A stretch of 64,000 nucleotides of DNA from an uncultured Candidatus Saccharibacteria bacterium (GTDB lineage Bacteria; Patescibacteriota; Minisyncoccia; Phycocordibacterales; UBA2100), in the NCBI GenBank assembly GCA_964512835.1, contig CAZELA010000001.1, forward strand, positions 105,372-169,371, given 5' to 3'. Below, one piece after another: positions 62,798-64,000 of the stretch. Under the pieces are notes generated by a model, which ran no database searches, had not been told where the DNA came from, and was given only the letters and a program-made list of their open reading frames with translations. The position numbers and the translations under genes were made by a program. Position 1 is the first letter of the stretch. Every line of letters begins with the position of its first letter.

Positions 62798-63481
62798 ATG
62801 GCCTCAGCCAAAACTCAAAAACCTACCCATTTTCATATCGTCACGTTGTTTGCCGAGAGCATCGAGCCGTATTTGAACAGCTCTATTTTGGGACGCGCGG
62901 TGAAGGACAAGAAGATCAAGGTCTCGTACTACGATCCCAAGGACGTTACCCGTGACCGCTACGGTCGCGTGGACCGCCGTCCGTACGGCGGGGGCCCGGG
63001 CATGGTGCTTGAACCGGATGCAATGCTCCGCGCAGTAGAGAAGGCGCAGAAAAAGTGTGCCAAGGGCAAGAAGCCCGAGATTGTGTTCTTTGCGACCGAC
63101 GGGGAACAGTTCGATGAACCAATGGCGCAGAAATTGTCGAAGAAAAAAGACATTATTTTTATCTGCGGTCGCTACGAAGGAATTGACGCACGTGTGCAGA
63201 AAATTCTGAAAGCAAAAAAGGTGACTGTGGGCCCGTATGTGCTCACCGGCGGCGAATTGCCGGCGGCGACCATGATCGATGCAATCGCGCGATTCATTCC
63301 CGGCGTGCTCGGCAAGGCCGAATCGCTTGAGCGCTCGCGAGTATCTGCGCCCGAGGTCTACACCCGACCCGAGGTATTGGAGTGGAAGAAAAAGAAATAC
63401 AAAGTTCCGTCTGTGCTTCTGAGCGGTAATCACGCCGAAATGGATAAGTGGAAGCAGGGAAAACAGCCCGGTGACAAATGA
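62798..63481 (+). CDS. trmD: tRNA (guanine37-N1)-methyltransferase
   Basis: FHIVTLFAE..., GGGPGMV, ICGRYEGIDARV SPOUT-knot motifs; AAGGTGG RBS. Confidence 0.9.
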   Translation: MASAKTQKPTHFHIVTLFAESIEPYLNSSILGRAVKDKKIKVSYYDPKDVTRDRYGRVDRRPYGGGPGMVLEPDAMLRAVEKAQKKCAKGKKPEIVFFATDGEQFDEPMAQKLSKKKDIIFICGRYEGIDARVQKILKAKKVTVGPYVLTGGELPAATMIDAIARFIPGVLGKAESLERSRVSAPEVYTRPEVLEWKKKKYKVPSVLLSGNHAEMDKWKQGKQPGDK

Positions 63482-63820
63482 GGTGAATATCTCAATTGAC
63501 CTCTGCGCAAAGCGGGCGTAGTGTTTTGGCAGACTTAAGCTGTGGTGCGGTATCGCAGTACGGTCTCTTCGCATGGGGTTATTTGCGATGACTGATGAGA
63601 CGGGAACGGAAACTCCCAAAGTGGTGAGATGCAGCGACATTCCGACATCCACGTGGCCGTTCGGCCACAAGGGGGGTGGGGGCACGCTGGATCCGCTGAG
63701 TCCGGCAGCACTTGCCGGACAACCGGCCGGGCGATTCCGCCAGGGATCGCCGGGGGTGTCGCAGCGGATGCATCCGCTGCCGAAGAAGTCGTAGACTTCG
63801 AAATAGTTCTGCGTAATGGG

Positions 63821-63856
63821 GGCCTGGAACCTTGAATTCCAGGCCTTTTCATCTTG
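63821..63856 (+). terminator. rho-independent terminator
   Basis: GGCCTGGAA-ccttgaa-TTCCAGGCC followed by TTTTCATCTTG. Confidence 0.6.
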
Positions 63857-63958
63857 TGAGAATGCGACAGACCAGCCACGTGCTGTACAGTCTCTAGGCG
63901 GATACAGGGTCCAAAATCGCCCCAAAAGCCCCCAATATGGGCTTCATAGAGCCTTAAT

Positions 63959-63987
63959 TTGACAGGTCACCGGAATCCGACTATATT
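63959..63987 (+). promoter_or_regulatory. promoter TTGACA-17-TATATT at the window edge
   Basis: TTGACAggtcaccggaatccgacTATATT; the target gene lies beyond the window. Confidence 0.45.
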
Positions 63988-64000
63988 ACGCACACATTTG

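Noticed and set aside
63482-63852. tmRNA or RNase P RNA
   Set aside because: There is a 5' GGGG but no tRNA-like 3' end (no GGTTCGAWTCC ... CCA). The RNase P universal motifs AGGAAAGTCCGGGCTCC / ACAGAACCCGGCTTA are absent.
62804-63925. 373-aa minus-strand ORF
   Set aside because: Antisense to trmD and to the downstream non-coding region; poor composition.

Overview
The window looks like a stretch of a small, high-GC (about 58-60%) bacterial chromosome with compact genes. Several features suggest a reduced genome, possibly Patescibacteria/CPR-like: a split transketolase, short PheS (243 aa), PheT (599 aa), ThrS (579 aa), EF-Ts (195 aa) and a 733-aa SMC.

The backbone is housekeeping. It includes the glycolysis/pentose-phosphate genes gap (3' part), rpiB, rpe, the two transketolase halves and fba. 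It also holds ribosomal-protein genes L25, L31, S2, L32, S16 with a KH protein. Other backbone genes are tsf, prfA (RF1), pheST, thrS behind a T-box leader, gyrB, dnaE, rnhB, rnc, trmD, one tRNA-Thr(TGT), and a NusB-NUDIX fusion gene.

Most housekeeping genes sit 6-14 nt downstream of a TATAAT/TATACT -10 element, often with an upstream TGn, and have no Shine-Dalgarno. They are therefore probably leaderless or near-leaderless. Genes for secreted or membrane proteins instead carry strong AGGAGG ribosome-binding sites.

Interleaved is a large cell-envelope accessory set, most of it with no recognisable homologs:
- A sortase (35061..35822) lies next to a 655-aa surface protein built from (GGGGDS)x8 plus 17 copies of a 16-aa 'CPAGTTGTYPNCTTIQ' Cys repeat. 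That protein ends in an IPYTG + TM + basic-tail sorting signal.
- A second IPYTG protein (44341..45840) shares the same pre-motif domain.
- A block at 37.0-44.3 kb holds independently transcribed 'cassettes'. These have near-consensus TTGACAAA-N16/17-TGGTAATAT promoters, hairpin-TTTTCTAT terminators, very high GC3 codon usage, and a recurring TGATCTTTC motif at the stop codon.
- The block includes a 212-bp tandem duplication. It has created two paralogous small proteins sharing a C-x2-C-x17-C-x-C C-terminal domain.
- The block also contains a gene (40627..41508) flanked by the two halves of a terminator hairpin that occurs intact at 5757.

No rRNA, CRISPR array, transposase or integrase was seen. 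Structured non-coding stretches are noted at 16449-16642, 55626-55930 and 63482-63852.
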